In this document: positions 51,016 to 61,398 of the stretch, one piece after another
Numbering within the stretch: the stretch's first letter is position 1
Layout: each line of letters starts with the position of its first letter
From: an uncultured Planctomycetaceae bacterium
GTDB taxonomy: Bacteria > Planctomycetota > Planctomycetia > Planctomycetales > Planctomycetaceae
Direction: 5' to 3'
Assembly: GCA_963815195.1 (NCBI GenBank)
Contig: CAWFGE010000024.1
Coordinates: 32,001 to 96,000 of the forward strand
DNA: 64,000 bases
Program-made: the position numbers and the translations under genes
Notes under the pieces: model-generated
Told to the model about the DNA's origin: nothing
Seen by the model: only the letters and a program-made list of their open reading frames with translations
Database searches by the model: none

Positions 51016-52370
51016 TGGCGGATCTCTTTGATGACTTGAAGGAGACGATCGGCGAGGCCGAACAGATGCTTTGTGTCCTTTTCGGGCGGCGATTCCATCC
51101 GCGCGAGTCCCCTCGCTTTCAGTTCCTGCTGGCGCCTCTCGGCCATCCGCGCCATGTCGAGCTGGAACTCTTGGCTGACATCGGCCAAGCACAACAGCAG
51201 GATTTGTTCGAGGGGGTCCGAGCTTGCCAGGGCCGACTCGCGGATTGGCTGGAGGACTTGCTGGTTGAGATAGCGCACGATACTGTCCCAGGCCCGCTGC
51301 TTCTCTTCGCGCCCCAGACGCCATAAGGATCCGGAAGCGGAGTCGACCTCGAGAAACCGGGCCAGGGCCGCGGGATAACTGGCGGGCAACTGGGGCCGCG
51401 GAGGCGGTTCTTGGGCAAAGTCCTGGATCGTGTCCTGCATCCCCGTGGCTGCACCCCGGAGCGCCTCCCGAAACAGAGGGCCACTTTGCCGGCGGGCGAG
51501 GAAGTTGAGTTGCGCTAACGTTTCGTCTGTCGGACTCCAGAGACCGAGTTCGCACAATTCCAGATCCAAAAAACGCTGGAACTCGTGCAGGCAATCGCTG
51601 ACCGGCTTGAGCGGTCGGGGAATCGCGCACGTGAGCGTCGATGGCAGCCAGGCTACAAACGTGAGCCGTACGCTCTCGACCACCGGCGTGCGGGGACCAT
51701 CCGGCGCGGGCTGTCGAAAGGGATCGCGTCTCACTTGGGGAGAAGAGGGAATTGGGGTCCCAACCGGTCGAGAACTGCGGCGAGGCGACAGGAACCCCGG
51801 AGGCGCCGGGAGCCCCGGAGGCGCCGGCATCGGATCGGCGATTTCACGCAGTGGCGGCATCTCAAACCACTTTCGAAATCGCTCCACTTCGCTCAGCGGC
51901 AAGTCGGCGAGTCCCGTTCCCAAGGTCGCCGATAAGCCGCACGCCCGCAGCAAGAGGACGTCTTCTATGTCAAACGCTACGAACAGATCCTCGCTTTGGT
52001 TCAGGCCGACCTGAGTGAAGCGATCGTCCAGGATCGCAAAGACGGGAATGACCCGTCGCGAGACGCAGCCGGCTTGCGTCAGTATCTCATAGGGGCGAGA
52101 GGTCGCGACGTCCAAAAGCGCGAGAAATCGGTGGGCCGTGAGCGCGGGGGCCACCTGCAGGCGCCCGTCGGTCGTCTCCTCCAGAACCCCGCTGGCCAAC
52201 AAGTCTTCGCGGGAAAACCTCTTGCTGAGGCTTGTCGATACCGCATCGGGTTCGGCGGGCGCCTCGAAGACGTTCTCGTCCGGAACGAGACATCCCAAGA
52301 GCGGATCGCTTGACCGCGCGCACGAATCCAGAAAAACTTCCAGAACGTCAGCGGGCGAATTGTTTGGCAT
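50931..52370 (-). CDS. Hypothetical protein with degenerate DnaG/TOPRIM-like segment
   Basis: GGAGG RBS + ATG 52370; FSREDLLASGVL and LFVAFDIEDVLLLRACGLSATLGTG resemble the primase core. Confidence 0.6.
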   Translation of the reverse strand: MPNNSPADVLEVFLDSCARSSDPLLGCLVPDENVFEAPAEPDAVSTSLSKRFSREDLLASGVLEETTDGRLQVAPALTAHRFLALLDVATSRPYEILTQAGCVSRRVIPVFAILDDRFTQVGLNQSEDLFVAFDIEDVLLLRACGLSATLGTGLADLPLSEVERFRKWFEMPPLREIADPMPAPPGLPAPPGFLSPRRSSRPVGTPIPSSPQVRRDPFRQPAPDGPRTPVVESVRLTFVAWLPSTLTCAIPRPLKPVSDCLHEFQRFLDLELCELGLWSPTDETLAQLNFLARRQSGPLFREALRGAATGMQDTIQDFAQEPPPRPQLPASYPAALARFLEVDSASGSLWRLGREEKQRAWDSIVRYLNQQVLQPIRESALASSDPLEQILLLCLADVSQEFQLDMARMAERRQQELKARGLARMESPPEKDTKHLFGLADRLLQVIKEIRQCQQISQPFAPQPISISAPPLPRLPDSA

Positions 52371-52646
52371 ATCGAACCTCCAGCTCCATTCTGGCACCGT
52401 GGAGCGGGAGTTCGAGCGGACTTTGGGTGGAGTTCCAAAAAAAACGGGTTCGGCGGGCTGTGCTTGCGAGCGCGGTGCTGCGCCAAAGCCGCGGCATTTT
52501 GTCATGCCGATGAATGAGATTTCAATGTTCGCGCCGAGTTCGGCGGCCCGGCAAATCGGCCAATTGCCAATGACCGCCGGGTGCGGCGGGCCGTTTCTGC
52601 CTTGGCGACCGGGATCTGCCGCGGAACACGGGGAGATTGGAGGGCG

Positions 52647-53249
52647 TTAGGAACCGGCAGTTTGCCATCGAACCTTCGTTCCACCCCCTTGCTGGCCAAA
52701 TCGGATGTCGGCGAGTCCCTCATTGAGGGATCTCAAAGTGTCGCGCAGCTTATCTCGATCAAAGCCCCGGGGAGCGGGAATCTGCGGGGGCCAACCCGCC
52801 GTTTCGAAGGCGTCCAAAATGATCTCGACATTGGAGCGGGTTTGATGCATTTTGACCGTGCGGATCACGTGGCCGCGAAAGCGAATCTGTCCTGCGACTC
52901 GGTCCCATTGCGGGCGATTTCCGAGTGGAAGCGACGCATGACCGCCAAGGACTTCGGCAAGCCGCGCCGCCCGGTGATCGGCAATCAAGTGAAGCCGCCG
53001 AGCCAGATCGACGGCAGCCAACTCGAGCGTCTCCATTCGTTGCAGGTGTCGCCAGAGTCGGATCGTTCCTCCGTGGCTTTGCCAAGCCGTGGGAAGATCA
53101 TCGCCCAGCTCAATCTGTTGATCGCGGGTCAAGAGGGTATTCCACATCTCCGCGGCCGCGGTGTTGTTATTGACGCGCTGGACGCATTCCTTGAGCCAGC
53201 TCATAAGCGGTTCACCCAGGTTTTGAACCACTTCTTGGGATTGAGACAT
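52647..53249 (-). CDS. Planctomycete hypothetical protein with probable C-terminal winged-helix DNA-binding domain
   Basis: P.WD....I.F.G..IR, IILDAFE..GWP, LRDTLRSLN.GL..I.F...G.G..V.W pattern. Confidence 0.7.
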   Translation of the reverse strand: MSQSQEVVQNLGEPLMSWLKECVQRVNNNTAAAEMWNTLLTRDQQIELGDDLPTAWQSHGGTIRLWRHLQRMETLELAAVDLARRLHLIADHRAARLAEVLGGHASLPLGNRPQWDRVAGQIRFRGHVIRTVKMHQTRSNVEIILDAFETAGWPPQIPAPRGFDRDKLRDTLRSLNEGLADIRFGQQGGGTKVRWQTAGS

Positions 53250-53422
53250 GCGGCGCCTCGCTGCAGGGGGTGGAAGATATGCCGGGGCTTATATCCGCTC
53301 CAAAAAATCGATCCCTCCACTTTCGGGATCCCTGTCGCCACCGTCAAGTCAATGCCAAGGCACGAACTTCCCACCGGTTTGGGAACATGCAGGAACAGAC
53401 CGCCGCCGATTCGCTCTCGATT

Positions 53423-53464
53423 ACGAAGGCCTTCGTTGACATTCGACGAAGGACTTCGTATGTT
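53423..53464 (+). promoter_or_regulatory. Sigma-70 promoter (TTGACA-17-TATGTT) overlapped by two palindromic BlaI-family operators ACGAAGG(C/A)CTTCGT
   Basis: Operators at 53423-53436 (perfect palindrome) and 53446-53459; -35 at 53436-53441, -10 at 53459-53464. Confidence 0.85.
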
Positions 53465-53491
53465 GGTGGAAAGCTTTGATTGAGGAACTCG

Positions 53492-53881
53492 ATGGCGAAA
53501 TCATCCAAACGAAATCCGACCGATGCCGAGTTGGAGATCCTCGGCGTGCTTTGGGAGCGCGGCCCTTCCACGGTCCGGCAGGTTCACGAGGTGTTGGAGC
53601 CCGCGCGGGGCGTGGGTTATACCACCGTCCTCAAACTGATGCAGATCATGTTCGAGAAAGACCTTCTGGACCGCGATGAATCCGATCGCTCGCACATCTA
53701 CCGGGCCAAACCTCGACGCGATGCGATGCAAAGGCGGCTCGTCAAAGATCTCGTCAACCGCGTGTTCGGCGGTTCGACGGAAAAGCTCGTCATGCAGGCC
53801 CTCTCCACGAAGAAAACGACCCCTGAAGAAATCGCCGAGATCCGCCGCTTGCTCGATGCGCTGGAAGGAGAGTCCCAATGA
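53492..53881 (+). CDS. BlaI/MecI/CopY family repressor
   Basis: PTDAELEIL.VLW, TVRQVHE, YTTVLKLMQIM.EK and VFGGS..LV. Confidence 0.95.
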   Translation: MAKSSKRNPTDAELEILGVLWERGPSTVRQVHEVLEPARGVGYTTVLKLMQIMFEKDLLDRDESDRSHIYRAKPRRDAMQRRLVKDLVNRVFGGSTEKLVMQALSTKKTTPEEIAEIRRLLDALEGESQ

Positions 53882-56800
53882 ACTTCGTTTCGCAATGGCT
53901 CGGACAGCCTGGGACGGAAACGCTGGGTTGGACCTTGCTGCATTTCTTGTGGCAGGGCGGTTTGGTCGCGGCGTTATTGGCTCTTATTTTGCGGTGCCTG
54001 CGGTCCGCCTCGGCCAATTCGCGGTATCTGGCCGCTTTGGCGGCGCTCGTTCTGTCGGCTTTATTGCCGGTGGGAACCGCGGTTTGGATTGCCCAGGGGG
54101 CTGACGATTCTCAAGTCGCAGATTCGTTCCCCGCCGGAACGAGGCAAGTCGAAGTCGCGGAGGATTCACCCGCCGATGTCACGTTGGCACGGAATCGAGA
54201 ACCTGTTCGCGAACCGAAAAATCCCTCAACGGCCGATGGTCAAAGTCGTGTCGCTCGGAAAGAAAACGGGCAAGGCGTCGCGGCCGCTCCGGTTTCACGT
54301 CGCATCAATCCGAAGTCCCAGGAGGATTCCGAAGAACCAGCGAGGGGATCGGCTTCGTGGGGAACCTCGTTCGTGGAGTGGCTTCGCCCGCGGCTGCCCT
54401 GGCTGGTTGGAATCTGGCTCATCGGCGTCTTCATAATTTCCCTCCGGTTGGCGTTCGCTTGGATTGGCGTGCAGCGGCTCCGGCGGGTGGGCCTCGTCGC
54501 GGCTTCACCGGACATTTCCGATCGGCTGGCCCCGCTTTGTCGGCGGCTGGGAATCCGGCGTTCGGTGCGGCTCTTCGGTTCGCCGTTTGTGGACGTCCCC
54601 ACCGTCATCGGCTGGTGGCGGCCGGTGATCCTGTTTCCAATCTCCGCTTTCACGGGCCTCGCGCCCGCGCAATGGGAATCCCTTCTGGCCCACGAACTGG
54701 CCCACATCCGCCGCTGGGATTATGCGGTCAATCTGTTGCAGATCGGGGTCGAGACCTTCCTGTTTTATCACCCGGCGGTGTGGTGGATTTCCCGCCAGGT
54801 CCGGGCCGAGCGGGAGCATTGCTGCGACGACCTGGCGGCTTCGGTCACCGGCGATAAAGTCGCCTATGTGAAGGCGCTGCTTGAGATGGCGGAACGTCAC
54901 GTCCAGAGAAACCACATCGCTTTGGCGGCAGGAGACGGGGATTTGCTGAAGCGGGCCAAACGCTTATTGGCAAAAAACTCCACCGGCCCCGGCGGCCGAT
55001 TCGCATCGGCGGGCGGCGTGCTGCCGGCGGCCCTCATTGTGGGATTGCTATCGATGGGGATTCTCAACGCCGCCTGGCCGAAAGCGGAACCCGATCCAAA
55101 ACCGGCCGCAAAATCCGAAGAACGTGCCGATGAGATCGATTTCAAAAACCTCACGCCGGAAAGGATCGCAAAGGAAGTCGAAGCGGCGATGGGGCGGTTT
55201 TCCCGCGTGAGGTATGCGGCCAACTTTACCGAAACGCGAAACGCAAACTCCTACCTCAAAGAGGGTGTGCTGCCCGTGAGCGGAACTGGGAAATGGGAGT
55301 TTGTGACCGACGGCAGACGCTGGCGGGCCAAGCAGGAGGGATTTACGGTCAACCTCGGAGAAGCCGGCGCGATTCCCACGCAGAACACGAGCGGGTTTGA
55401 CGGCGAAGAGTTCTATCAGCGGGAACGCGGGCAGTTTGTGCTCGGCGAGGATCCCAGGACCAATGATCTCTTGAAGCCGCGGACGGTGTTTTGGCGGGGG
55501 GCCCGAACGGTGGAGTGGTTTCTGGCCGCGTTAAAATCCTGGAACGCCCGGATCGATCGCGAAGTCACCATCGACGGCAAGAAGCGCGTCGTGATTCTGT
55601 CAGAACCCGGGCGGCCCAAGCCCGGCGAGGAACCAAAAGAGGGCTCCCAAGACACCCGCTGGCAATACGAGATCACCCTCTCGCCTGCGCAGTCCTGGCT
55701 CCCGCTCAAAACGATCGTCCGCAGGAACGGAAAACTCTATGCCGAGGAATCGATCGGGAAGCTCGCACAAACCGCGGCCGGCGTGTGGTATCCCGAGGCG
55801 ATCTCACAAAAACAGCACTTCCAACCGGACCCGCTGATTTCCCGCACGATCGAAATCACGCGGCTGGAACTTGCGCCCGCGTTTTCTTCCCGGGCGTTTC
55901 AATATGCCTTGCCCATTGGCGAAGACATTGTGGATTATTCCAGCGGCCGCACCTGGCATCACGATCCCTGGTGGCCCGAAATGGAACCTTGGCTTTTGTC
56001 GAAGCTCGATTGGCCCCGGCCTGCGCTTCACGTGCTGGGCGACATGAAAAGTCACGTCAGCGAAAACACCGACGGGCAAACCGCTCCGCCGATCTACGCA
56101 GAGAAATGGCTCGGCAAGAAGCCAAACGCCTGGCCGAGGGAGGACGGGAAAATCCGCGTGCTGGCGTTTATCGGCGGCTGGGCGATCGATCCCACGCCCC
56201 GCTGGAACGCGGCTCTCAGGGAACTCGAAAAACGCTACGGCGGCGATGGGCTCGAAGTCATCGGGATCGCCACCGCCACCGCGGACCCGGAATTGGTGGA
56301 ACGGGCTTACCGCGTCTTGAAACCAGGTTTTCCGTGGGCGATCGATTCCAAAAACGAAGGCGAAGGCAACGCGTTCGGCCGGACGTTTGACGCCTATCAC
56401 CTCAGGCATTACGCGGGCGTGCTTCTCGTGGATTCCCACGGGAAAATCAGCACGCTGGAATCGGTCAGCGTTCCCAAGGGTTCCCCGCTAAGTCCGCTCG
56501 AATTCGCGATTCGCCGGGCGCTCGGCAAAGACGTGGCAAACTATCAGCCTCCCGCCGACCGGCTCAGCGATGAAGACATCAAACAGATCGACGCCGAGTG
56601 GAAGCGCCGCCGAAACGCGGTCGAGGGCCGCGGGAAAATCACAGGCCAAATCCGCATCGATGCCGAGGGCCGCGAGCATTTCGGCGAGCGGGCCCTCACA
56701 AAAACCCTGCCGGAGGTCGCCGTGCGGCTCCGCGCGGTGCCGCAAATGAAAATGCTCCATTCGGACACGCCGGGCGGCTGGACGAATTTGATGGATTATC

Positions 56801-57315
56801 GCCATGCCATCGAAGAGGACTTCAAGGCCAAAGAAACCGTGGCATTAAAAGACCTTCGCAAAGGCAGTTATCAGATCACGATTCGCCCGGATGGACTCGC
56901 CGCCCGGGACGTGGTCGTTTCGCTGCTGTCGGATGACGATGAGAAGGAGTTCCATCTCGATTTTCATCAAGGCGACACGATCACCGGCCGCGTGGTGGGG
57001 ACGGATGGCAAGCCGATTGGCGGGGCCACGGTGAAAGCCCCGCGCCGCCACTTCGATGCCAAAAACCTCCGCAGTTACACCACCAGCCATCTGCCGGACG
57101 ACGCGGTCACGAATGCCCAAGGCCAATTCACTTTGAAAGGCCTCTTCGTGGGGGCGTTTGATCTGGAGGTCGTCGCTTCAGGCTACGAGAAGCGAACGAT
57201 CCAACACGTGCCGGCCGGCAAACAAGCGGTGAAGATCGTGCTGCAAAAACCCGGTGAAGCCAATGTGACGATGCGGGAGGCGAGACAGACGGAAGTTTTA
57301 CCGACACCCAATTGA
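53878..57315 (+). CDS. BlaR1/M56 family metallopeptidase sensor with thioredoxin-like and carboxypeptidase-regulatory-like extracytoplasmic domains
   Basis: LGWTLLHFLWQG, HELAHIRR.D, FYHPAVWW and ERE.CCDD; later ITGRVVGTDGKPI.GA.V; ATGA overlap with the repressor. Confidence 0.93.
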   Translation: MNFVSQWLGQPGTETLGWTLLHFLWQGGLVAALLALILRCLRSASANSRYLAALAALVLSALLPVGTAVWIAQGADDSQVADSFPAGTRQVEVAEDSPADVTLARNREPVREPKNPSTADGQSRVARKENGQGVAAAPVSRRINPKSQEDSEEPARGSASWGTSFVEWLRPRLPWLVGIWLIGVFIISLRLAFAWIGVQRLRRVGLVAASPDISDRLAPLCRRLGIRRSVRLFGSPFVDVPTVIGWWRPVILFPISAFTGLAPAQWESLLAHELAHIRRWDYAVNLLQIGVETFLFYHPAVWWISRQVRAEREHCCDDLAASVTGDKVAYVKALLEMAERHVQRNHIALAAGDGDLLKRAKRLLAKNSTGPGGRFASAGGVLPAALIVGLLSMGILNAAWPKAEPDPKPAAKSEERADEIDFKNLTPERIAKEVEAAMGRFSRVRYAANFTETRNANSYLKEGVLPVSGTGKWEFVTDGRRWRAKQEGFTVNLGEAGAIPTQNTSGFDGEEFYQRERGQFVLGEDPRTNDLLKPRTVFWRGARTVEWFLAALKSWNARIDREVTIDGKKRVVILSEPGRPKPGEEPKEGSQDTRWQYEITLSPAQSWLPLKTIVRRNGKLYAEESIGKLAQTAAGVWYPEAISQKQHFQPDPLISRTIEITRLELAPAFSSRAFQYALPIGEDIVDYSSGRTWHHDPWWPEMEPWLLSKLDWPRPALHVLGDMKSHVSENTDGQTAPPIYAEKWLGKKPNAWPREDGKIRVLAFIGGWAIDPTPRWNAALRELEKRYGGDGLEVIGIATATADPELVERAYRVLKPGFPWAIDSKNEGEGNAFGRTFDAYHLRHYAGVLLVDSHGKISTLESVSVPKGSPLSPLEFAIRRALGKDVANYQPPADRLSDEDIKQIDAEWKRRRNAVEGRGKITGQIRIDAEGREHFGERALTKTLPEVAVRLRAVPQMKMLHSDTPGGWTNLMDYRHAIEEDFKAKETVALKDLRKGSYQITIRPDGLAARDVVVSLLSDDDEKEFHLDFHQGDTITGRVVGTDGKPIGGATVKAPRRHFDAKNLRSYTTSHLPDDAVTNAQGQFTLKGLFVGAFDLEVVASGYEKRTIQHVPAGKQAVKIVLQKPGEANVTMREARQTEVLPTPN

Positions 57316-57429
57316 CCGGCGACTAACAGAATCCTCCAACGACTCTTCCTCCGGCTCGCAGCGGGTCCGCTGCGAAAGATGGCAAAAAAATGGGTTTGGT
57401 AAGCCATCTTGGCACGCCCTTCGGGCTCC

Positions 57430-60400
57430 TCACGGAACGATCTCTTTCAGGTCGAAGCGAACGCCTTTGTGGAAACCGACGCCGGGCGGTGCGGGGCCGG
57501 CTTGCCCGGTGAGGTTCGCCGTCTGCGTAATGCGATCGGTCGTTTGGATCAGGCCCAGATTGCCTTCGCGGGTAACAAACAGGAACGCCCCGTCCGCATT
57601 CGGCACGTATTGTTGCGATTTCTCGTCGTAATGCATCAAGAGTTCGCCGACCGGCCGGCCTTCGGGAAGCTTGCCGGCGCCGATCAGGTTGTCGAGATTC
57701 CGCGCGTCCCGCGGGCTGATCTCCTTGACCTTCATGCCCAGTGCCCGCAGCACGTAGGTTTCGGTCCCGTCCGGTGAGCGATGCGTGATGCACATCAAAT
57801 CGACGCCGCGCTCGGACGCCCAATCGTCGAGTTGCTTTTCCTTGCGAGACTCCGCATCTCTGGGGATTTCGCTGGGCCAGTGGGGCTGATAGCCGGTGTC
57901 GAGATCGTAAAAGTAATCCACAGATTGGCCCTTCTCGGTCGGCGGAGAGAGCACCGCCCCGCTCATGCCATCGCCGATGCGGGCCGACTTCCCGATTCCG
58001 TTGGGAGCGGGAGGCAACGGCTTCTCCGCGAGTTTCAGGTCGACCTTCTGGTACGCCTTATCCTTGGTGAAGTTTTGCCAGTTCGCTTCCCACCACGTCT
58101 GCCAGCGATTTGCCTGTTTTTCAAAAATGCGGCGCTGGAGAATTTGCCGGCGCGGGTCTTCGCTCAAAAACAAGAAGAAGAGTTCGGCATCCGCAAAATC
58201 CTGCCCCGCCAGCTTGTGCAGTGCGCCGAAGATTTCCCGTAAGGGTCTTCCGAAGCTGAAGTACGTGCCGCGTTTTCGTTTGTCCAAATCGTGAGTCTGC
58301 ATGAACTCGGTGAGATCCTTGTCGCCGACAATCAACCCGTAATCGCTGCTGGCCGGCAAAAGCGTCTTGGGGATCGACCGGATCAATGCCGGCACCGCCC
58401 GCGGATCGCCAATGGCCCGCAAGGCAAAGCCCAGACGCCTGAGCATTCCGCTCTCGGTCGTTCGATCCAGCTCCGCGCAGAGTTGGGGCGTGGCATCGGC
58501 CCCGACGGCGACCAATTCCCGCATCAGCGAGCACCACAACTCGGTCTCATCCACGGTGTGATTGAGCTTGCGGAATTCGAGCAGAATCTGCGCGGTGCGT
58601 TCCGTCGGTTTCGCCGACAACTCCTCGACGAGCTTTTGTGCCGCCTTGAGTTTTTCCTCGGGAGAGTCCGGAGGCGTGATCAGCATGTTGTAGGCGGTGG
58701 TCTCGCCGGCCTTCACCACGACCGGGGGTTCTTTTTTGGTGGTCCAAACCATGCGTTCGCCGCGGATGTTGAGGAGATACGGAAAATTCTCTCCCGGGGC
58801 CGCACGCAGGACAAATCCGCCTTTGTCATCGGCCTCGGTCAACATCGCTTGTCCCTTGGGTTGAGACGGCCCGAACAAACCCAGCCGGATCGGCTCCCCG
58901 TTTTCGGAAACGGAAACCGACTGCCCCGTGGCCGTGTTGACGATGCGGCCCGAGATGAATCCGCCGGCAATCAACTTGAGGGCCGGCAATTCGATCTTCT
59001 CGCCCGCGAGGCATTCGATATCCGTGACCGCCACGCAGACGCGATCCTGCGACTCGGCCTGAAAGTTGTAACGCCCTTCCGGCACGACCAGGCGAAATCG
59101 CCCCATTTTGTCCGTGGCGGCGAATTCCTTGCCCCATTCGTCCAGTCGATGAGCAATGATCGTCGCTCCCGCGGCGGGTTGCCCCGTCACTTCATCGGTG
59201 ACGACGCCCGTCACGGAGCAGCCAATCGGCAAGGTCACCGTCAGATCGGCCGGCAGCGACTTTGCCTTGACCGATGTTGGCGGATAATCCCGATGCCGCA
59301 CGGCCAGGTTGACGGGCACGGGCTTTCCGCTGGGCCATTTGTAAACTCCAATATTCTCCAGCTTAAAGCGGCCGTTGGCATCCGTGGTTGTCGAGTTCAG
59401 GCCCGGCACCGGCCGGTTAATGACAAAGTGCGGCAGGACCGCCGCCCCTGCCACCGGCCGGCCATTCGCATCAACCACTTGGCCGGAAACCGTGGACGTT
59501 TCGCGCGTCATCTGGATTTCGACAACTTCCTTCCCCTCACGAGTGTGCATAAAGGTGATTCCGATCGGCCGGTTTTCGGCGAAGCCGACGACCTCGTATT
59601 TCAGATAATCGGAGCGGTCTCCCGTTCGCGGCGGCACGAGACCTGTGAACGTGTAGCGGCCGGCGGCGTCCGTCCGCGTTTTTGCGATTTCTTTTGGCGG
59701 AGAAGTTCGCCCGGCCACGCGATACAGTCGCACGGAGATTCCCGCCAACGGGGACTTATCCGCATTCTCCACGCAGCGTCCGCTCACCGTGTAGGTGTTG
59801 GCTTTGGGTTCCGCGTGCTTTTCCGGCGGGGCGTCTTTCGGTGCTTTTCCTTCGACGCCGGGCATCGCATCCGTCAGTCCCAACATCGCCAAGCCGATCA
59901 GCAAGCCGGCCGCGATCGGTGCGCGGAGCGTCCTTCCCGGAGGCGATCCGACGAGTCGCGTGATCCGCTTTTTCAGCCGGCGGGCGGAGGACAGAAAACC
60001 GACCAGCCCCGGCACGATCGCCGAGGGTGTCAGACTCGCCGCCAGTTCAACGATGGTGGCGGCATAGGCGGATCGATCGGGCGCGCCGAGCGAATCGCAG
60101 GCCAGGTCGTCGCAGGCCGCTTCCCGCTCGGCCTGCATTTCGCGGACGGTCCACCAGACAACCGGATTGAACCAGTGCAAAGTCCTTGCGGCCAACAGCA
60201 GCCAATTCGTCCACAAATCGCGGCGGACGAGGTGGGCGAGTTCGTGCGCCAACACATGGCTGAGCCGTTCGGTGGATGATCCCGTCACCACCGACTCCGG
60301 CAGGACGATTTTGGGCCTCCACGTGCCTGCCGTGAAAGGACTGAGGCACTCGGGCGTCACGAGCAATTGGGGAGGCCGATTTAGTCCGATCCGCCGGCAA

Positions 60401-60993
60401 GAGGTTTTCAGAAGTTCGAGGAGCGAGGGATCCCTCACCGGTCGGCAAGCCGAGAGACGCCGGCGCAAAATGACGACATTTGCCAAAAGCCTCAAACTCA
60501 AGATCATAGATCCCGCGAGCCAAAAGGCCGTCAGGATTCGCGAAATCAAAACGCGGTCGAATCCAGGATCCGTCGGCGGCGCGGACGCGATTGCGGTTTG
60601 GGAAGGCCTGTGCGGCACGCCTGCGGGAACAGGGTCTTGCGCTTTGAAAGGCACAAAGACCGGGGCGGGAGTTTCCGGCGGTTTCCTGCCGGTCTCGTCG
60701 GCGTGAAACTCAACCGGAGTCCTCTGCGGATCGACTTCGGTTTGAGCGATTGGCGCGCCATCGGGTTCCTGATGCGGAATCCCACTCGCCAGGTTGAACG
60801 CGCTCCAGGGACTGGCCGGCGTCGCCACAAACAGCAAGCGAGCGATCACGAGGCCCCAGATCCAGAACCGCCAGCGGGGCGACAATCGCTCGCCCAAACA
60901 GCGGAGCAGCAGAAAAACCGGAACGGCCAAGGCCGCCGATTGCCAGGAAGCACGCCAGATGGCCGGTCCCATTGTATCGAGCAGCGCGATCAT
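57430..60993 (-). CDS. BlaR1/M56 family metallopeptidase sensor with repeated carboxypeptidase-regulatory-like domains and a HEAT-like motif
   Basis: HELAHLVRRD, LHWFNPVVW and EREAACDD; G.VVDA.G.PVAGA repeats; ALRAIGDPRAVPAL. Confidence 0.93.
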   Translation of the reverse strand: MIALLDTMGPAIWRASWQSAALAVPVFLLLRCLGERLSPRWRFWIWGLVIARLLFVATPASPWSAFNLASGIPHQEPDGAPIAQTEVDPQRTPVEFHADETGRKPPETPAPVFVPFKAQDPVPAGVPHRPSQTAIASAPPTDPGFDRVLISRILTAFWLAGSMILSLRLLANVVILRRRLSACRPVRDPSLLELLKTSCRRIGLNRPPQLLVTPECLSPFTAGTWRPKIVLPESVVTGSSTERLSHVLAHELAHLVRRDLWTNWLLLAARTLHWFNPVVWWTVREMQAEREAACDDLACDSLGAPDRSAYAATIVELAASLTPSAIVPGLVGFLSSARRLKKRITRLVGSPPGRTLRAPIAAGLLIGLAMLGLTDAMPGVEGKAPKDAPPEKHAEPKANTYTVSGRCVENADKSPLAGISVRLYRVAGRTSPPKEIAKTRTDAAGRYTFTGLVPPRTGDRSDYLKYEVVGFAENRPIGITFMHTREGKEVVEIQMTRETSTVSGQVVDANGRPVAGAAVLPHFVINRPVPGLNSTTTDANGRFKLENIGVYKWPSGKPVPVNLAVRHRDYPPTSVKAKSLPADLTVTLPIGCSVTGVVTDEVTGQPAAGATIIAHRLDEWGKEFAATDKMGRFRLVVPEGRYNFQAESQDRVCVAVTDIECLAGEKIELPALKLIAGGFISGRIVNTATGQSVSVSENGEPIRLGLFGPSQPKGQAMLTEADDKGGFVLRAAPGENFPYLLNIRGERMVWTTKKEPPVVVKAGETTAYNMLITPPDSPEEKLKAAQKLVEELSAKPTERTAQILLEFRKLNHTVDETELWCSLMRELVAVGADATPQLCAELDRTTESGMLRRLGFALRAIGDPRAVPALIRSIPKTLLPASSDYGLIVGDKDLTEFMQTHDLDKRKRGTYFSFGRPLREIFGALHKLAGQDFADAELFFLFLSEDPRRQILQRRIFEKQANRWQTWWEANWQNFTKDKAYQKVDLKLAEKPLPPAPNGIGKSARIGDGMSGAVLSPPTEKGQSVDYFYDLDTGYQPHWPSEIPRDAESRKEKQLDDWASERGVDLMCITHRSPDGTETYVLRALGMKVKEISPRDARNLDNLIGAGKLPEGRPVGELLMHYDEKSQQYVPNADGAFLFVTREGNLGLIQTTDRITQTANLTGQAGPAPPGVGFHKGVRFDLKEIVP

Positions 60994-61382
60994 TTCTTTT
61001 TCCTCCGGGAGTTCTTTTTCTGGGCGAGCAATTGGCGAAGTTGTTCGATCTCTTCGGAATCCAAGGGCGACTCGGCGACGAAGTGCGCGAGCAGCGCGAC
61101 AGCGTCTCCGCCGAAGGCCTTCTCCAGAAACGACCGGCCCTCCTGGCGGACGCATTGCTGGCGGGAGACGGCGGCTCGATAGATATACCGCGTGCCGTCC
61201 ACCTCGTAGTTCAAAGCCCCTTTTTGGACGAGCCGCGCCAGGAGCGTGCGGATCGTGCTTTGGCTCCAATCGTGCGTCGCGCGCAATTCCTTAATGACAT
61301 CGGCCGCCGTACACGAACCGACGGCCCAGACGGGCTCCATCACATCCCATTCCGCATCCGAAATCTGCAAACCCCGCGACAT
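60990..61382 (-). CDS. BlaI/MecI/CopY family repressor
   Basis: ISDAEWDVM..VW, WSQSTIRTLLARLVQKG and F.G....LLAHF; AGGAG RBS. Confidence 0.95.
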   Translation of the reverse strand: MSRGLQISDAEWDVMEPVWAVGSCTAADVIKELRATHDWSQSTIRTLLARLVQKGALNYEVDGTRYIYRAAVSRQQCVRQEGRSFLEKAFGGDAVALLAHFVAESPLDSEEIEQLRQLLAQKKNSRRKKK

Positions 61383-61398
61383 GGCGTTTTCTCCTCTG

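Noticed and set aside
51795..51829. Direct repeat CCCCGGAGGCGCCGG x2 as an att site or iteron
   Set aside because: In-frame duplication encoding a Pro-rich linker (PAPPGL/PAPPGF).
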